Positions 42,901 to 56,849 of a stretch of DNA of 64,000 nucleotides are shown piece by piece (the first letter of the stretch is position 1; each line of letters opens with the position of its first letter). A program made the position numbers and the translations under genes. The DNA is from Chrysomallon squamiferum (Eukaryota > Animalia > Mollusca). A model generated the notes under the pieces. That model was not told where the DNA came from and did no database searches. It saw nothing but the letters and a program-made list of their open reading frames with translations. The stretch covers positions 5,952,001 through 6,016,000 of the forward strand of contig CM022675.1 in the NCBI GenBank assembly GCA_012295275.1, read 5' to 3'.

Positions 42901-44874
42901 GAGTGTCCAACAAAAATCACAGTGAAACCTGACTGCTTTGATGTTCTTGCTTGCAGATATACTGATTTGCTGGCATCAAGCAGTGCCAGAGATATTATTT
43001 CACATCCATCACTGAAAGATGAAGTGTTTCTGAAGTATCTCATTGAGAAAAAACACTTCTATGGTAAATTGTCAGAAATACTGAATCAGAATCTGCATCG
43101 AATAAGGCATTGTTTTGCATTTCAGGCATTGCGAACATTGTACATTTCCATGACAGTGTTTCAGAGTGTTGGACAGTAACATACCTGTATTTGAGAGTTA
43201 AACGAAGAACTATAGATTCATCATCTGTTGCAAGTGAGTGTGTTGTGAATTGCCTGAGAACACTGTCGAGGTGTTTCACAACACATCTGTGTAAAATGGA
43301 TTCCAAGTCTCAGAAAAACTAACTTTTGAATGCTACAGTGAGGTGTTATTCCAGTATTTGAGACATTCGGTGTAGCTGCTTGTTCAAAAACAGACAATGT
43401 TGCTATATTCAAAGAACTGCTGCAGTTTGAAAAGGAAATAAAATTTAATATTTATTTGCAGTTTATCTTTCATTTTATTCATGTAACATGAACATTGCCA
43501 GTTTCTTGGCTGACAGTATAAATAGTGAGAAAGACAGACATGAAATCAAGGAAAAAGCTGTGAAAGTGTTATTGGTTAGGTTCCATAAACATGTATGTCA
43601 TGTGATATCTGACAAATATTTCAGAAAATCACTAATTGATAAAGAAGTTGACATGAGCCATCTTTTTAAGAAACTGTTTATCTTTGAAAAAAATAAAAAT
43701 AAATAAAGAACATTGGTATCACTGCTGCTGGTCAGACGAAAAAACAAATTATAATGCAAGTCAGAGGTTAACAGAGGCCAGGGTGCATCTATTGCCTTGG
43801 ATATGTGGATCGTGTGACATTGATTGAAAAGGATGTTAATGTCAGTATTAACAATGAAGGTAAAACTCCTCTTCTTACAGCGGTGAACTACAAACAGTGT
43901 TGTATTTACTGGAACATGGAGCTGCTACCAATTTAACAGACAGTGATAACAGTTCTATTTTACGCACAGGAGCTAAACTGGGAAATATAAAAATTGTCAC
44001 AGGTCACTTTGAAAAAGGTGTTGATGTAAATATTTTAAACAGTACAGGTGAAACTCCTCTTCTTACAGCTGTAGACTACAGACAGAACAAAGTAGTTTTT
44101 TATTTATCAGATCATGGAGCTGATGCTAATTTAACAGACAAATATAACAGTTCTATTTTACAGCTATCAGCTGAACTTAGAAATAAAGAAACTGTGACAG
44201 CAGTGAGTAAAAAAGGTGCTGATGTAAATATTTTAAACAGTACAGGTGAAACTCCTCTTCTTACACCTGTAGACTACAGACAGAACAAAGTAGTTTTGTA
44301 TTTGCTGGAACATGGAGCTGATCCTAATTTAACAGACAGTTGTTTTACACACATGAGCTAAACAGGGAAATACAGAAATTGTCACAGGTCTGATTGAAAA
44401 AGGTGTTGATGTAAAACAGTTTAGGTGAAACTGCTTTTGTTAAAGCTGTAAACTGTCATCAGAACAAAGTAGTTTTTTATTTACTAAATCATTGAGCCGA
44501 TGCTAATTTAACAGACAGATATGACAATTCTGTTTTACAACTAGCAGCTGAACTTGGAAATACAGAAACTGTGACAACAGTGAGTAAAAAAGGTGTTGAT
44601 GTAAATGTATTAAACAGTAGAGTTGAAACTCCTCTTCTTAGAGCAGTGAACTATAAACAAAACAAAATTGTTATTTACTGGAACATGGAGCTGATGCTAA
44701 TTTAACAGACAGTGAAAACAATTCTATTTTACACATACCTTCTGAACTAGGAAACATAGAAATTGTGACAACACTAATGGAAAAAGGTGTTGATGTAAAT
44801 ATTATGAACAGTGGAGCTGAAATTTATCTGAATTGTTGTCAGTGACATTTCTGGAACATGGAGCTTATCCTTAA
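39997..44874 (+). pseudogene. NLR-like STAND NTPase (nSTAND3-type) + ankyrin-repeat pseudogene
   Basis: Small 5' exons 39997-40121, 40606-40726 and 41504-41536, then a large exon from ~41885: YVESKAEK..LLKKNSVVIVVGCPGSGKTT (Walker A), KKSIVLIGDIFC (degenerate Walker B), VKCIITLQNQIF, LGFPQVCVYY (GxP), FFKKPVEYLREQL, YTFIHQS (winged helix), then ankyrin repeats GETPLLTAV..HGADANLTD (43850-44870). Many stops and frameshifts. Confidence 0.85.
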
Positions 44875-47800
44875 ATTTGCATGTTGTATAATCAATAATG
44901 TTTTATAAAATACAGATGTAAATTACTAATTAATGTTTAAAATTAATATGAATATATGCAACATAGCATTTTTTTTATTGTTGATTTAAATGTTATTATT
45001 ATTGCATTTGGATCTGATTAATGTTGATTTACATTTTCTTTTGGTACAGTTGTTTATACATAAACAATTCTGAAAAAAGTATAATATTCTTTTTTCAGTT
45101 TTGTTTATTTTGATTTTATTATGTTCTAATACACATTCATCTGCTTTTCTTTAATTTAAAATTAATTCGCATAACCAGTAGATTTGTTGTTTCAAATCAT
45201 TATTTCAGATATGTGAGTGAAGTAATCATTTAAAATATAGTGATGCCTCATACTTAGAATAATTCTAACTTAAAACTATAAAATGGAGAGACATTTGATC
45301 TGGAGTTTGAATAATGTTTGTATGTTAAAAAGCATGCATAGTAAATAAATGCACTTGCTGAACTAAACACAATTTGTTGCGAGGCCAGTGTGTGTCTTGC
45401 TCTTGCTGTGAAAGCATCTCGTGTTGTTTTCCTGTGTTTTCAGCATTTTTTAATGTTTATTTTTGTTTTTCTATCTGTGTATTTGCAGTTTAATTTACTG
45501 TCAGGAAACTGATTAATTCATTTTTTCATTATTAGTAAAGGTGGATATTGAGCTCGAATGATCTGAAACTGATGTAGTTATCTAGATTTTCTAAATGGTT
45601 AATGACTGAGAATAAAAAATAAGTAATTGTTGATACTTACTAGTTTGTTCCAAGTGTATTTTATTATAAATTAAATATAGTATTCACATAAGAAATATGA
45701 ATTAATAGTTTAGCAGTCACGACAGTAAAGAAATAAAAACTGATTTACACAATCATGAATGAGAAAACATTACAAAGTGTATTTGTTATAACTGTCATCA
45801 ACTGAAAACTAAACTTGGATTTTTAGTTTTTATTATGTCATTCATAATTGTTTCATTTAAGGAATCACCACTTAATCTTTGAATTGAGAGAAACATTATT
45901 ATTATTTACTTTTTTTAGGTTTTATTGTAAACTGTATCTTCAGTGTTTTTTAGTTTTAGTTTTATTTTAATTTCACTATGAATTTCTTATGATTTATTGC
46001 ACCACATTATTAGATATACAATTATATGAAATACATATTTATAGTAACTGATACATACATTTTTAATATACTTCTGTTTGTGTGTTATTATTTTTCTATA
46101 AAGAGTTAAATAAAGTATAAATATGCTAACACTACTGAAAAAAAAAAAAAAATTACTATTTACACTAATAAGAATTAATAAGAATAATACTTATATGAAA
46201 GTGGAATTAAATAAGATATGGTCAAAGTAGATTTCATTATTACTGCTATCATTTTTCTATACATTCTTAATTCATATGTATTAAATAAAGTGTAAATGCG
46301 GTAAGTGTTTGAAATTAAAATATTTTAATCTGAGTTCAACATGTATTTTAATTTTTTTTTCTAAAATTTCACAATCCAACCACTGCCCAATAATTTACAT
46401 CAAATAAACCTTTCTCACAGAATGAAGTGAAGAATTACTGCACAAATTTTCTCTTGAACTTTATCATTATGTATTTAGGTTTGGCACATACATATGATTG
46501 TTCTCAAATACCCACTGTTTGTAAATTAAGCTTTTGTTCATTGTGATTGAATTTATTATTCCAGATGAAAGATGACTATAATATCAAATTTAATTGATTT
46601 GTGAATGCCAATGTGTGAATCCAGGTGGATCTGTTAACTGCTGTTTTCATCTAACTGTCGTTCTGAAGAAGGAATCTGTAACTTGAAAGTGGTAATTCTG
46701 ACTAGTTAGTGAAATTTGCTTCTATTGCAGCTTATGAATGCAGCTCAAAAGCGCATATATAAACCAGTTGTAAGTGAGATGTAAGATTTCAGAGATACTG
46801 ACCAACAAATTAGTGAAATGCTCTGAGGAAAAAAAAAAAGGAAAAGAAAGATAACTCATTAACTGTTTGTAATTGTTATTTCAGTTGTTTGGATAGATTT
46901 TTGACTGGACTAAATTGTAAAAGAACTGAACATTTATTATTAAAATAGTAACACTTACGAGATTGTGTACATGAAGCAGACTGAAGAAGTTATTTGGAGA
47001 ACTCAGTAAAATGTGTCTGCACTACAATTATTGAATTAACAAAATGGTGGCTCACTCTGCTTTGTTTCAAGATTCGACTGTTTTCTTTCCCAAAATCAAA
47101 CATTGGTTAAAAATCTCAACAAAAAACAAAACATAACATGATTGCTTATTTCCTCGCTCACGTGGCAATGGTAATCGACGAACCCTTCTTGTTCTCTGCC
47201 CTACCTCAGCGCCTTTGAAAGTGTGTTGCGCTTTCCTTTCCACCGCAGTTTGGAAGTCGTTTTCGTAAAGCTGAAATGGTCATTTTCCTCTGTCTCACAG
47301 TTCGTTTAACCGTCTTGTGCTCGTCTTTTTCACTTTCAAATCGTCTAAAATATATTCTTCTGTCAACATTTACACGACCACATTGTAACAACATTTAGTG
47401 CTGTTGTTTATATTTCTTTTATCTAGGTCGTCTGCCACGCGATAGAAACGCGATGTGCATGCGTTTATTTATAGGTTTATTTAATCAGTCGTCAGTGAAC
47501 CAATGAGATCAACAGCTAGAGACATGACCTTCCCTTTTCTACCACGTGATCAAAATTGTTTACACTGCTGAGCATTAAAGGCTCTGCATTCTAAGCAAAT
47601 TAAGAGATTGAAAATACTAAAAATATTAAAAATAAATGGTAACTGAAATAAAAAAAATATATAAAATAAAAATAAAAATCAACAACAAAAATACAAAAAA
47701 ACCCCACAAAAACAAACCCAGTTATTTTCAGCCATACATGCCCAGAACAACAATAAAAAATTAAAAAAACAATTAAAAACGTTTTAAATTAAATATATAA

Positions 47801-47969
47801 ATGAATATCTATTTTACAACAGAACAACACAAATCAAAATAAACACAAAGATGCCTCCACACAACAGAATTACTTATAACATACACACCAAGTTAAGATG
47901 TGTAATAAAAAAATTAGTTATGAAGACTAAGGAAACTGAAATTAGTCTCGCTTTACATTAATCTACGCA

Positions 47970-48018
<49 letters not shown>

Positions 48019-48459
48019 AGCCAATATGTCAAACTAGTTATTTGGCCTAATGCCTGAAATGTTAAGACGTTTAGCCTAACAACCAAGACCGTCACACAAT
48101 TAGGCCTAATGGCTAAAATGTCCAGGAATTAGGCCTAATGACTGGATTTTGTTTGGTGTTGTTTGACGTTCTGCCTGATAGGGGTTCAGGCAATCAGTCA
48201 AATGGGTTTAATGCTTTGCTTGCATCTGTTTATTGTAAGGATTAGTGGTTCAGTTCAGTACTTTATTATCTCAACCTTTGCATCTTATTGATATACAATG
48301 TCAATTATAAAAAACAAATAAAAAATAAAATAAAAATAAAAATAAAAAAAAATAAAAAAAACATTAAAAAATTACAAATAGTGACTGTAGGATAAAACAA
48401 GAACTACCCTTTGGAGAATATAAGTAGCACATCAAAACTTTTGTATTGGAATGCTTTAA

Positions 48460-48630
48460 ACAAATATTTTCGGAAATTATACAATGTTTTCATTTTTTTA
48501 ATCTCATCTTCAGTCTCATCACTGTTACATAATGTACATATTCTTCTGCTGTCTCACTATTCCTATATCTCACAGTCATTTGCCAGTCGATGTGCAGATA
48601 GCCTCACTTTTCTTAAGTATCTTTTATAAG
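48460..48630 (-). mobile_element. Non-LTR retrotransposon (LINE) ORF2 3' fragment nested in the Ginger2 relic
   Basis: YKRYLRKVRLSAHRLA....RRICTLCNSDETEDE matches the RLSxHxLxIExGR..RxCxxCxxxxxEDExH C-terminal motif of LINE ORF2; contains stops. Confidence 0.65.
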
Positions 48631-49429
48631 TCATTGGCATAGATGTAACTCAATAAATAAAACTGAAACATCTGTTATGTATTTATATAAATTGTCATAT
48701 TTCACAGAGGTATTTAGCTGAATTGAAAGATTCTGCCTCGCTAGGTCATATATTCTTTGCTTAATTATGCGCAAATAATTTTTTATTTTTTCATTAATCT
48801 GGTTCTGCTCTATTCCTATGTATCACAATCCGAATTCATATAAAGTTTACGTAATAAAAGTCACCCCATTATTTTTCTATAATATCAAATACAATTTTTT
48901 CTACTAATTAATTTCAACCAGTATTTAATCATTCGTTAAGTACGCTCATACACTAATGGGAATCTACCCTATTCAAAATTATATCATAATATTTGTGGTT
49001 GATCCTTTAACATTTAAAATATTTTTTACAAAAATCTAAGTGAATTTTCTGAATACCCCATAAAACAGGACACAAGTTACATACATATCAAACAGTGACA
49101 ATAGAGAAATAAAATTTAAAGACATATCATTTACAGTCTTCTTCAGAAGATATGTTGCCTTATTTTTGTGTTTTTCTTACATCAAAGTCCAATGATTTTA
49201 ATACCGACAATGAAAGTGGTTTGATATTTTTACTTACATCTGTTCATTGTAGGGATTAGTGGTTGAGCTTATTTTTACATCAAAGACAAATTAGATAGTA
49301 GGGATTATTGGTAGTGTTACTGTTACATCAAAAGACCACAAGGAACTGGAGTGTAGGCATAGCATTTGTTCAGTTCAGGAAGAATTCAAACTGCAGTGTT
49401 GTAGCAATCATTCATTTTAGCGACTGCGT

Positions 49430-50950
49430 TGTCCGCCATTTCCAAGCTTGACCAGTTGTCGCCCAACACGGACCCTGACCAGTTGTCGCCCAACACGGAA
49501 TCTGACCAGTTGTCGCCCAACACGGACCCTGACCAGTTGTCGCCCAGCTCGGAACCTGACCAGTTGTCGCCCAACACGGAACCTGACCAGTTGTCGCCCA
49601 GCTCGGAACCTGACCAGTTGTCGCCCAACACGGACCCTGACCAGTTGTCGCCCAACACGGACCCTGACCAGTTGTCGCCCAGCTCGGAACCTGACCAGTT
49701 GTCGCCCAACACGGACCCTGACCAGCTGTAGCCCAACGCTAAGTCTGACCAGGAACCAGTTTGATGTGTGTCCCCAGAGACTGCTAGTATTCGATGATGT
49801 GAACAGAGAATGCAGCAGTGTCCAAGAATCATCCGCAAGAGGACAAGGGTTTGTGAAATGCAACTTTGAGGGCACAAACACCCTGACCAAACATTGTCGC
49901 AATCTTTTCTGCAATTCAAGATATCACTCCTGAACCAGTTGTCGCCCAGTGTTTTGAAATAAATGTTTTCATGCAGCTGAACATTCTTTTTCGGAACCTG
50001 ACCAGTTGTCGCCCAACACGGACCCTGACCAGTTGTCGCCCAACACGGACCCTGACCAGCTGTAGCCCAACGCTAAGTCTGACCAGGAACCAGTTTGATG
50101 TGTGTCCCCAGAGACTGCTAGTATTCGATGATGTGAACAGAGAATGCAGCAGTGTCCAAGGAATCATCCGCAAGAGGACAAGGGTTTGTGAAATGCAACT
50201 TTGAGGGCACAAACAGGTATCAAACAAAACATTGTAAATGTTTCAAGAACAATCTTTTCTGCAATTCAAGATATCACTCAAGTTTGAACTGCTGTAATAA
50301 ATAGAAAACTACTTGTGTTGTGTTTTGAAATAAATGTTTTCATGCAGCTGCAAGTCATTCTTTTTCGGAACCTGACCAGTTGTCGCCCAACACGGACCCT
50401 GACCAGTTGTCGCCCAACACGGAACCTGACCAGTTGTCGCCCAACACGGAACCTGACCAGTTGTCGCCCAGCTCGGAACCTGACCAGTTGTCGCCCAACA
50501 CGGACCCTGACCAGTTGTCGCCCAACACGGACGCTGACCAGTTGTCGCCCAGCTCGGAACCTGACCAGCTGTCGCCCAGCTCGGAACCTGACCAGTTGTC
50601 GCCCAGCTCGGAACCTGACCAGCTGTAGCCCAACTCGGAACCTGACCAGCTGTAGCCCAACGCTAAGTCTGACCAGGAACCAGTTTGATGTGTGTCCCCA
50701 GAGACTGCTATTATTCGATGATGTGAACAGAGAATGCAGCAGTGTCCAAGGAGTCATCCGCAAGAGGACAAGGGTTTGTGAAATGCAACTGTGAGGGCAC
50801 AAACAGGTATCAAACAAAACATTGTAAATGTTTCAAGAACAATCTTTTCTGCAATTCTAGATATCACTCAAGTTTGAACTGCTGTAATAAATAGAAAACT
50901 ATTTGTGTTGTGTTTTGAAATAAATGTTTTCATGCAGCTGCATTCTTTTT
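49430..50950. repeat. 27-bp minisatellite in three arrays, embedded in a higher-order triplication
   Basis: gaccagttgtcgcccaacacggaccct / gaccagttgtcgcccagctcggaacct units in arrays at ~49430-49750, ~49993-50085 and ~50366-50675, each followed by the same ~200-280 bp segment. Confidence 0.95.
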
Positions 50951-51775
50951 CATTCGGTCATTTTGCCTAATGACTAGACGTCTATTTCAATTGTTTGGCC
51001 TAATTCCTGGAAATTTTAGTCATTAGGTCAAATGCCTCACAAACTTGGGTCAAAACAACAGCACTGAGAAAAAATCAGAGTGTAGGATATATATATATAT
51101 ATATGTCTTGGTGACTAGTCTGAGTGGTATTACTACCTAACATTTGGCTCGTCCCGTCTAAAAATACCAAACTATAATACCGTCACAAATAAAATTAAAT
51201 TAAAAACAAGTAAAACACTTCAACAGCTAGCTATATATCGACAATAAAGCACAAACAAACAACAACAAGAAAACAATATTATTCAATAAACGTTTGGTGA
51301 AAATGAAAATGCACAACAAGGGGCTCTCAGAGATAACTCTTTCTGTAGAGGGACGTCTGAGTCAGCAGGGCAGGTAACTCCAGATTCCTGAAAACAGACG
51401 AGTTCCATTTCAACTGTTTTTCAGAACATTTTAAAATAACGTGAGTGTGTGTTTGTGTTAACAGTCTAGCCTCTTCTACTAAAATTTGTTGGCATTTCAT
51501 GGACCTACCCAAGAGTTTATATACTTAAGAATATATTTATGTATATATATATATTAACAATATTTATTTATTATCATTATTATTATTATTTTTTAAACAA
51601 AACAGTTATGTTATCATTAACCTTCGTTCCGTTACCGACGATGAATAACTAAAAATATAACTAAATAACTAACTAACTAACTAAATAAATAAATTAATAA
51701 ATAGCGATACCGGTCAGTCACAATTCATGTCTCAGATGTACCTTTTTTTTTCTTTTGATAAATTCGGCCACTGTT

Positions 51776-52603
51776 ATGGTACATTCACTGGTTGCTCTCA
51801 TTGTGGTATCCTTAGCAACGATTAGTACCGGCACCGAGCGGACGGTTCTAGAATCACATGGTGACAGTTCGTGGCGAAAATTGGGAGATCCAGAGTTTTC
51901 TTCCTATGGATGTTTCGTTGTTGGTTTCGTGATCAAGGTATTATTATTATTATTATTAGTAGTAGTAGTAGTAGTATTAGTAGTAGTAGTATGAGCAGTA
52001 GTAGTAGTACTAATAATAGTATTGTTATACATGTGTACTTGGGTGTCTGTTTGTGAGTGTTAAAATTAAAAATTTAAAAAAAAAGAATAACAACAAAAAT
52101 GAGTAATTATATATCAGTGGTTGTAACACGGCGAAACATTTTTTCTTTCCAGCAAGAGGAGCAACAAGGAGATGGAGAAGACACCCCCTCCAACGACGTC
52201 CGTTTATTCTGCTACGACCAGGAGCATTCTACGTCGTCATGTCATCAGAAGGTGAATGGGGAAGCTGGAATGCAGGAGCGAACTGTGCTAACAGCCGCAA
52301 CATCAGTGGATTCAGACTCCAATCTGATGGCAACCAACATTTCCGCGACGTACCGCCGACAACAACGGTGTCGAGTTTATTTGCGGCGGCGGGCAAACCA
52401 TCGGCTACACCGATGAATGGGGAGACCGAAAGTCGTGAAACTACTGTCCTGTTGGCCACGGCATTTGCGGCATCAGGAAGAATGTGGAAATTAAAAACGT
52501 ACTGGGTTTGAACACTGACAGCGTTGACTTGACCGATATAGAAACTCACTGTTGGCAAATGGCGTGCAGGTCCTGTGTTTGTGGCGTCAAAGCTAGTGAT
52601 TAA
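51776..52603 (+). pseudogene. VMO1: VMO1 pseudogene (duplicate of 35291-36274)
   Basis: Same two-exon layout (51776-51937, 52153-52603) and the same ending aagctagtgattaa. Frameshifts at ~52230 and ~52345-52420, and loss of conserved Trp/Cys (WRKLGDPEFSSYG vs WGKWGDPEFCPDG). Confidence 0.9.
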
Positions 52604-53074
52604 ACTTTCATTTTGTTCCTACATATTCTTCAAACAAGCCGATGACCTCTAATAAATTTTACTCATTCATTTTTTTAACGAGCCGAACCCAATTATATTT
52701 CTGAATTTCTACGTTTGGAAACTTTATTTATTTATTTATTTATTTTTTTATCCTTATGCCCATAAAAATCTAATTCTTTTACAAAAAAGCTTTTCTAATA
52801 TTCAGATTCTTGCAGGAGAAAGCCAGTGAAATTATATTTCTTCTACAATTATCAGATTTACTAATTCAAAAGCGAGACATGTTCTTCAAATGTACAATTT
52901 AGTCAAAATTTAAATTGCAGGCAATCACTTTGCAATATAAAATTATTATTTCTTCAGTCATAAATTATAATATTTTATTTATTTACACTGTAAATAGTTT
53001 TAACTTCAGCTGTTTAATTTTCTGACATAATTATAATAGCTTTCGGATAGCTTGATGGAACAGACTTATTACTG

Positions 53075-53118
<44 letters not shown>

Positions 53119-53719
53119 AAAACGAAAACACAAGAAAGAAACAATCCCCCGAAACAAAACAACCCTTTTAAATACAATACAATAAATTAAAATTAAATTA
53201 AATTAAATTAAATTAAATAAATAAATAAACAAAACAAAGCTATGTACATAAGCAAAGGTAGGCGACTTTCTTTATATTACATTAAAAAATTCCAAAACCG
53301 TCGAAATCCTAGAAGATAAGCCTTGCCCGAGTATTAATCTGGCTCTATTCTATCCAGTTAATGACAAATCACACGTAATGCATGTAATCGGATATAACCA
53401 GTCACAAAGTACACAAAATAATAATCCCGAGGGTCATGCCATTTCCAATCACGTGATTAAAATGGAGGCTTGTTCCTAGGTGGTTGTCGCAGCGCAAATT
53501 AAAATGAAAAAACTAGAAGGAATTTGTTCTTTTTTGGAGGTAAGATTATATTTGATTTATTTCTTCATATTCAGTTTGATTTTCTATAAATGTCACTGTA
53601 ATATTAATTATAGGTCATGCGGGTGTGGTTTATCATTTTCACTCTCAAACTGTATTATACTGAGTTCACTGACAGTCGAGCCTGTGGTTTTAGCATCTGT
53701 TATTTATGTTATAAAAAAA

Positions 53720-56505
53720 TATTATATACCGTTAATACATTTAAAATATAAAAGTTAAATAGCTAGTTAACTATTACTTCTAATAGTTTACACATATCGC
53801 GTAATTAAAAGATAAATATAAAAAAATCAAAACGATAGGCAGATCGGTGAGATTTCTTTGTTTACAAAATTAGGAACGTGACATTAATTCACTTTTCGTG
53901 CAGAGATTATCACTGTAATGTTTGTTAATTACAATGAAGATTGAACTAGCAATGATATTTTTAGTGTTGTCAAAATCTGCATTTCTCAGAATCATTAACT
54001 GAGATAAACTGCTTTGGAAGTTTGGCCTTGTGTTCAGCAATGATGTCCATAGCAACCATGCATTTCGAGACGCCTCAACGAGAAAAACTTTGATAAATAA
54101 AGTCTGGGTTGTTTTAGCAAGAATGAATTAAAATTTATCAGTGTTCTGTTCAATATTATAGGTACTTGGTCTCAAAGAATATATTGAAAATAAAACAAAA
54201 TAAATAATATTAGAAAACAAAACAAATAAGAAAATGTAGGCTATATGCACAAACCCTCCTTTCGGAGATTCAGCTTGCATTACAATAAAATTTCCTAAAC
54301 CTTCGAAATCCGAGACGTTAAGTTTTGCACAGAGCATTTTCAAGAAATGATTTAATGCGCCCCAGTTCTGTCAGTTTAATGACAAATAATAGAGAAAAGA
54401 TTAAATTGTTAAAAAAAAAACTTCATACTTGTTTTCTTACAACTTCGAATTGTAAAGCCGTCGACTTTTAGATAACTGTAAGATAATTATTAGAATAAAT
54501 AAAAGTAAAACGTTTATTCAGCCAAATGATATTTGTTAAAACTACTTTTCATCTTGATACGAATGCCAGTAAATATAAAATGAATGTAATCGGGTGTAAC
54601 CGGGTACAATCGCGGAGGTGTACGAACTAATAACCTCGAGGATTCACACGGGATTTAGAATCACGCGATTAAAATGGCGGATTGTTGTTAGGCAGGGTCA
54701 CTGTGACACCGAATCGACTGTCAGTCGAGTCTGCAGTTTGAAAAACGATTTTTCTATTTACACAACAATATTATATGTCATTAATATACCTAAACTATAA
54801 AAGTTAATATCTAGTTAATTATTACTTCTAATATTTACATATACCGTGTAATTAACAGATAAATATAAAAAAAAATCGAAATGATAGACAGATCAGTCAA
54901 TTTACTTTGTTTACAAAATTAGCAACGTGACATTAATGTAATTTTCGTGCAGAAGTTATTTGTCCTTGTCAGTGATGGCGGTTTTAGTAGGCATTGAGAT
55001 TCTGTCGGGAATTATTTTTAGCTCATTTATTTTAGATTAAAAAACAAAGTAACAAACAAACAGACAAAATACAAAATATTTGCTGATTACCATTTAAATT
55101 GACTATTAATACGTTTGACCAAAAATATTACACACTATTAATACATTTAATATATAAAAGTTAAATATCTAGTTAATTATTACTTCTAATAGTTTACACC
55201 TATCGAGTAATTAAAAGACAAATATAAAAAATCAAAACGATAGGCAGATCGGTGAGATTTCTTTGTTTACAAAATTAGAAACGTGACATTAATGCACTTT
55301 TCGTGCAGAGATTATCACTGTAATGTTTGTTAATTACAATGAAGATTGACTTAGCATTGATATTTTTAATGTTGTCAAAATCTGAATTTCTCAGAATCAT
55401 TAACTGAAATAAACTGCTTTGGAAGTTTGGCCTTGTGTTCAGCAATGATGTCCATAGCAACCACACATTGCGAGACGCCTCGACGAGAAAAACTTTGATA
55501 AATAAAGTCTGGGTAGTTTCAGCAAGAATGAATTAAAATTTATCAGTGTTCTGTTCAATATTATAGATTCTTGGTCTCAAAGAATATATTTAAAATAAAA
55601 CAAAATCAATAATATTAGAAAACCAAACAAATAAGAAAATGTAGGCTATGTGCACAAACCCTCCTTTCGGAGATTCAGCTTGCATTACAATAAAAGTTCC
55701 TAAACCTTCGAAATCCGAGACGTTAAGTTTTGCACAGAGCTTTTCTCAAGGAAATGATTTAATGCGCCCCAGTTCTGTCAGTTTAATGACAAGTCGTAGA
55801 GAAAAGATTAAATTGTTTAAAAAAAACTTCATACTTATTTTCTTACAACTTCGAATTGTAAAGCCGTCAACTTTTAGATAACTGTAAGATAATTATTAGA
55901 ATATATAAAAGTAAAACGTTTATTCAGCCAAATGATATTTGTTAAAACTACTTTTTATCTTGATACGAATGCCAGTAAATATAAAATGAATGTAATCGGG
56001 TGTAACCGGGTACAATCGCGGAGGTGTACGAACTAATAATCTCGAGGATTCACGCGGGATTTAGAATCACGCAATTAAAATGGCGGATTGTTGTTAGGCA
56101 GGGTCACTGTGACACCGAATCGACTGTCAGTCGAGTCTGCAGTTTGAAAAACGATTTTTCTATTTACACAACAATATTATATGTCATTAATATACCTAAA
56201 CTATAAAAGTTAATATCTAGTTAATTATTACTTCTAATATTTACATATACCGTGTAATTAACAGATAAATATAAACAATCGAAATGATAGGCAGATCAGT
56301 CGATTTACTTTGTTTACAAAATTAGCAACGTGACATTAATGTGCTTTTCGTGCAGCAGTTATTTGTCCTTGTCAGTGATGGCGGTTTTACTAGGCACTGA
56401 GATTCTGTCGGGATTTATTTTTAGCTCATTTATTTTAAATTAAAACACAAAGTAACAAACAGACAAGATACAAAATATTTGTTGATTTCCATTTAAACTG
56501 ACTGA
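53720..56505. repeat. Tandem duplication of a ~1.4-kb non-coding unit
   Basis: Copy A ~53720-55105 and copy B ~55125-56505; matching ORF-track entries are offset by 1405-1406 bp (54618/56024, 53870/55275). Confidence 0.92.
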
Positions 56506-56804
56506 GCTTTGACACTTTTAGTATTGTCAAAAACTGAATTTCTCAGAATCAGTAATTGAGAAAAATGGCTTTTTAACTCTTATCTCATGTTCACTCCGGA
56601 CGTGCATAGTAACAATACCTTTAGAAGGCGCCATGAAGCCAAACACTTTGAGAAAAGAAGTCTGGGTAGTTTCAGCAAGAATGAATTAGAATTCATCTGT
56701 GTTCGCTCCACATTTGTTAACATTTGTCTGAGGTTAAAGAGTGGCTAAACTACCATTTTTGCCCCAATTAATTGTATTTTAATTTATTTGTTTTATTATT
56801 ATTA

Positions 56805-56849
<45 letters not shown>

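Larger units (their letters stand above)
48013..51187 (+). mobile_element. Ginger2/TDD (KRBA2/SCAND3-like integrase) DNA transposon relic
   Basis: TGT...ACA termini; 31-bp inverted repeat with 2 mismatches (48105-48135 vs 50997-51027). Integrase-core fragment KTTRNWSVGIAFVQFRKNS (49332-49388); C-terminal TRNQFDVCPQRLL...RGQGFVKCNCEGTNRYQTKHCKCFKNNLFCNSRYHSSLNCCNK*, typical of KRBA2-like transposases. Confidence 0.75.

Noticed and set aside
46790-47560. Possible minus-strand transcript (62-aa ORF, donor gag|gtaggg, acceptor near 46824, CACGTG/CCAAT motifs)
   Set aside because: No recognisable protein, and the motifs are short enough to occur by chance; would need RNA evidence.
49430-50950. 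Several repetitive ORFs on both strands (DQLSPNTDP, GDNWSGSVL, RQLVRVRVG) as real proteins, or a CRISPR array
   Set aside because: They follow from a stop-free 27-bp unit inside a dead transposon; no spacers and no independent gene structure.
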